Below the pieces are notes generated by a model that made no database searches, was not told where the DNA came from, and saw only the letters and a program-made list of their open reading frames with translations. A stretch of DNA of 34,013 nt from a virus. The DNA is taken from the IMG/VR virus record IMGVR_UViG_3300027509_000029, one strand, 5' to 3'. A program made the position numbers and the translations under genes. Of this stretch, positions 32,137-34,013 are shown in pieces (the first letter of the stretch is position 1; each line of letters begins with the position of its first letter).

Positions 32137-33837
32137 TCAAAATTGCAGGATATTATCCTCATCTGCACCATTACCGCCGTCCAGGCGGCGACTACCACCA
32201 TCCTCATCAATATCATTGTAGATCTCACCAATGTGGCCCTTACGAAACTTCCATCCTCGTATACGATTAAGATTGCCACTGTACGCATTGGACACATCTA
32301 TACCACGCTGCACCAATTGCTTTTTTAATTCCTTGTCACCACTTGAATACAACCGTCGCTCTACACACCACTCAGTATATTGACTCAAAAAGTCGGTTAA
32401 CTTGATTGTAGCTCTACCATCCTCAACGATTGCAGAGTCAATGAACGTTCCTAACTTATCCTCACCACTTCGCCACATTGCAGTATCTACCTTCACAACT
32501 TTAGGAATATCAAACTGTTGACCATTAGCCATGTATGCAATCGCACCTGCAATGCACCAATTTAGAATCCCTGATTGCTCAAACGTTAATTTCTTACTGA
32601 TCAACTCACGATCTTTCTCAGCATCACTGAAAACTCGATTGAAATTCAGCAATACCAAACGCCGCCATATACCACCATCAGTACAAGCAACCGACGGCAC
32701 GTAATTAGTATTAAGAATCATCGTTGCCACGCACGTCAATTCAAACGGCTCACCACGAATTGGCCTGGCAGCCATCCCCTCATCCGAATCAACCATCCGC
32801 TTCACGATTGTATCGTCCAACGCATTGCTAGACTTTCGACCATCAGAACTACCCAACTCGTTCATGATGATCATGCGAACACCTTTCAACATTGCTAGAG
32901 CATATTGCTTTTCTGATGTAGAGGCACCTGTGATCACCTCAGGACTTACCGACGCTTTATAACCACCATCGCCAGCTTTACCTAAAATCGGCTCTAAAAC
33001 TTTCGCAAATGTCGATTTACCATTGCTACCATCACCACAAAAAAAGAACATTTTCTCTTTTGAATTACCGACCAGGCAACTGCCTGCAATCTGTTGCAAC
33101 AGATCAACTTTCGTCTCATCACCTTCCATGATCTCAAGCAATGTCTGTTGCCATATTGGACACTCAGCACCATCCTCATACTCCACCTCAGATGATTTTA
33201 ACAACATGTATTCCGGCTTATCTTTAATAAATTTGCCATCTCGCAAATCAATCACACCATTTGCCACACCAAAAAATTGTCCCTTACGATCAAACTCATT
33301 GTAATGAATCGGTATACCACTCAATGTCGCCGCCACATCAATAGAGCGCTCCTTAGTCCCTTTATTAGATGATGCTGTAATCCATGCTCTGACACGCTTG
33401 AGCATCTTTTGTAGCATCGCCTTAGCAACCCTAGTACGCTCTGCTAACGGCGAGTCATCGCCCTTAGCGACAGCAGGGAGTGATACGTTCATACCTTCCA
33501 ATTCGTACCGATATTTTTTAATCGAATCAATAACCGATTTATATTTTCTCTCTATCTCAGAGTCTGTATTGAGGTTCCATTTCTGATTAGCCCAATATGC
33601 CCATTGTTTTAACTCAATGACGTATCGCACCTCATCATCAAACGATTTTACAAAAACCTCAGCATTGCCCGTTTCAGTCAATATCTCATCAAACTCAATA
33701 TCAAGCTCATTAAGCTTTTCCAATATCTCAATAACACCCGACCCCACTAACGCCTCTTCATTAGCTTTCTCTTGCCGACGCTCTTCTATTAAATCCTGCA
33801 ACTCCTCAGTCGTCATTTCCTCTCTGTTTTTAGTCAT
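32137..33837 (-). CDS. SF3 replicative helicase (P4-alpha / poxvirus D5 family C-terminal domain)
   Basis: 566-aa ORF with GGGAGG upstream. D5_N-like TGNAEVFVKSF...WAYWANQKW. Walker A: FFCGDGSNGKSTF. Walker B-like: VRMIIMNELG. The downstream NTNYVP...GGIWRRL pattern is typical of the P4 primase C-terminal domain. Confidence 0.8.
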   Translation of the reverse strand: MTKNREEMTTEELQDLIEERRQEKANEEALVGSGVIEILEKLNELDIEFDEILTETGNAEVFVKSFDDEVRYVIELKQWAYWANQKWNLNTDSEIERKYKSVIDSIKKYRYELEGMNVSLPAVAKGDDSPLAERTRVAKAMLQKMLKRVRAWITASSNKGTKERSIDVAATLSGIPIHYNEFDRKGQFFGVANGVIDLRDGKFIKDKPEYMLLKSSEVEYEDGAECPIWQQTLLEIMEGDETKVDLLQQIAGSCLVGNSKEKMFFFCGDGSNGKSTFAKVLEPILGKAGDGGYKASVSPEVITGASTSEKQYALAMLKGVRMIIMNELGSSDGRKSSNALDDTIVKRMVDSDEGMAARPIRGEPFELTCVATMILNTNYVPSVACTDGGIWRRLVLLNFNRVFSDAEKDRELISKKLTFEQSGILNWCIAGAIAYMANGQQFDIPKVVKVDTAMWRSGEDKLGTFIDSAIVEDGRATIKLTDFLSQYTEWCVERRLYSSGDKELKKQLVQRGIDVSNAYSGNLNRIRGWKFRKGHIGEIYNDIDEDGGSRRLDGGNGADEDNILQF

Positions 33838-33869
33838 CTTCTATTACCTCCCTGGCATTTGTTATTCTG

Positions 33870-33963
33870 ACTACTACCTACTACCAACTACCTACTACCA
33901 ACTACCTACTACCTACTACCAACTACCAACTACCTACTACCTACTACCTACTACCTACTACCA
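33870..33963. repeat. Tandem heptamer array, 13 x ACTACC(T/A), read as (A/T)GGTAGT on the coding strand
   Basis: Units start at 33873, 33880 and so on to 33957. The seventh-base pattern is T A T A T T A A T T T T A. Units 3-13 recur at 1-77 because of the terminal overlap. The array fills the gap between the AEP primase stop (83 = 33969) and the helicase start (33837). Confidence 0.95.
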
Positions 33964-34013
33964 AACCATCACGCCGATTTTTTCCGCTTAGCTATCAATT
34001 GCTCTATCGCATC
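33887..34013. repeat. Terminal overlap, copy 2 (identical to 1-127)
   Basis: See copy 1. Confidence 0.95.

Larger units (their letters stand above)
1..33886. mobile_element. Complete temperate siphovirus genome (lambda-like tail module, tyrosine integrase), circularly closed contig
   Basis: Full packaging, head, tail, integration and replication gene set. Window ends overlap exactly (1-127 = 33887-34013), so the unique length is 33,886 bp. Confidence 0.85.

Noticed and set aside
32064-32297. 77-codon minus-strand ORF overlapping the helicase 3' end and terminator
   Set aside because: It is out of frame within the well-supported helicase gene and runs through the terminator hairpin.
33617-33991. 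124-codon plus-strand ORF ending in YYLLPTTYYQLPTTYYQLPTTYY
   Set aside because: It is antisense to the helicase gene 5' end, and its tail is simply the translation of the heptamer array. No RBS.

Overview
The window is a complete, circularly closed genome of a temperate lambda-like siphovirus. Its unique length is 33,886 bp, because bases 1-127 are repeated exactly at 33887-34013. The host is probably a gamma- or beta-proteobacterium, judged from CTGT-N8-ACAG SOS boxes and sigma-54 promoters.

Plus strand, 3.5-27.1 kb, is the late operon: two unknown genes, a putative TerS, TerL, portal, scaffold, major capsid, connector and neck proteins, tail tube, G/T chaperones, tape measure, and lambda-type M, L, K and a fused I+J tip protein. 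A repeat-containing tail fibre follows, then cargo genes (Zn-ribbon protein, membrane-anchored protein, HNH endonuclease).

The minus strand carries a tyrosine integrase with a field of arm-type repeats (27.2-28.9 kb) and three unknown genes (29.0-30.2 kb). One early/replication operon crosses the window junction. It reads orf76, an ABC-ATPase/GNAT fusion, three small ORFs, an AEP primase, a 13 x 7-bp repeat array, an SF3 (P4/D5-type) helicase, then a terminator.

The most unusual part is a 1.9-kb ORF-poor block at 30.2-32.1 kb, where immunity genes would be expected. It contains three near-consensus LexA boxes flanking a 46-bp tandem repeat. Each repeat unit carries a perfect sigma-54 promoter. 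The block also holds two clusters of the palindrome ATGCTCWGAGCAT, seven exact ATGTTATTTT boxes (three preceded by TTGACM-N15), other motif families, and an iteron plus AT-rich ori-like segment.

I could not recognise a CI/Cro-type repressor, a bEBP or a lysis cassette by eye. All functional calls come from motif recognition and gene order. No database search was possible.
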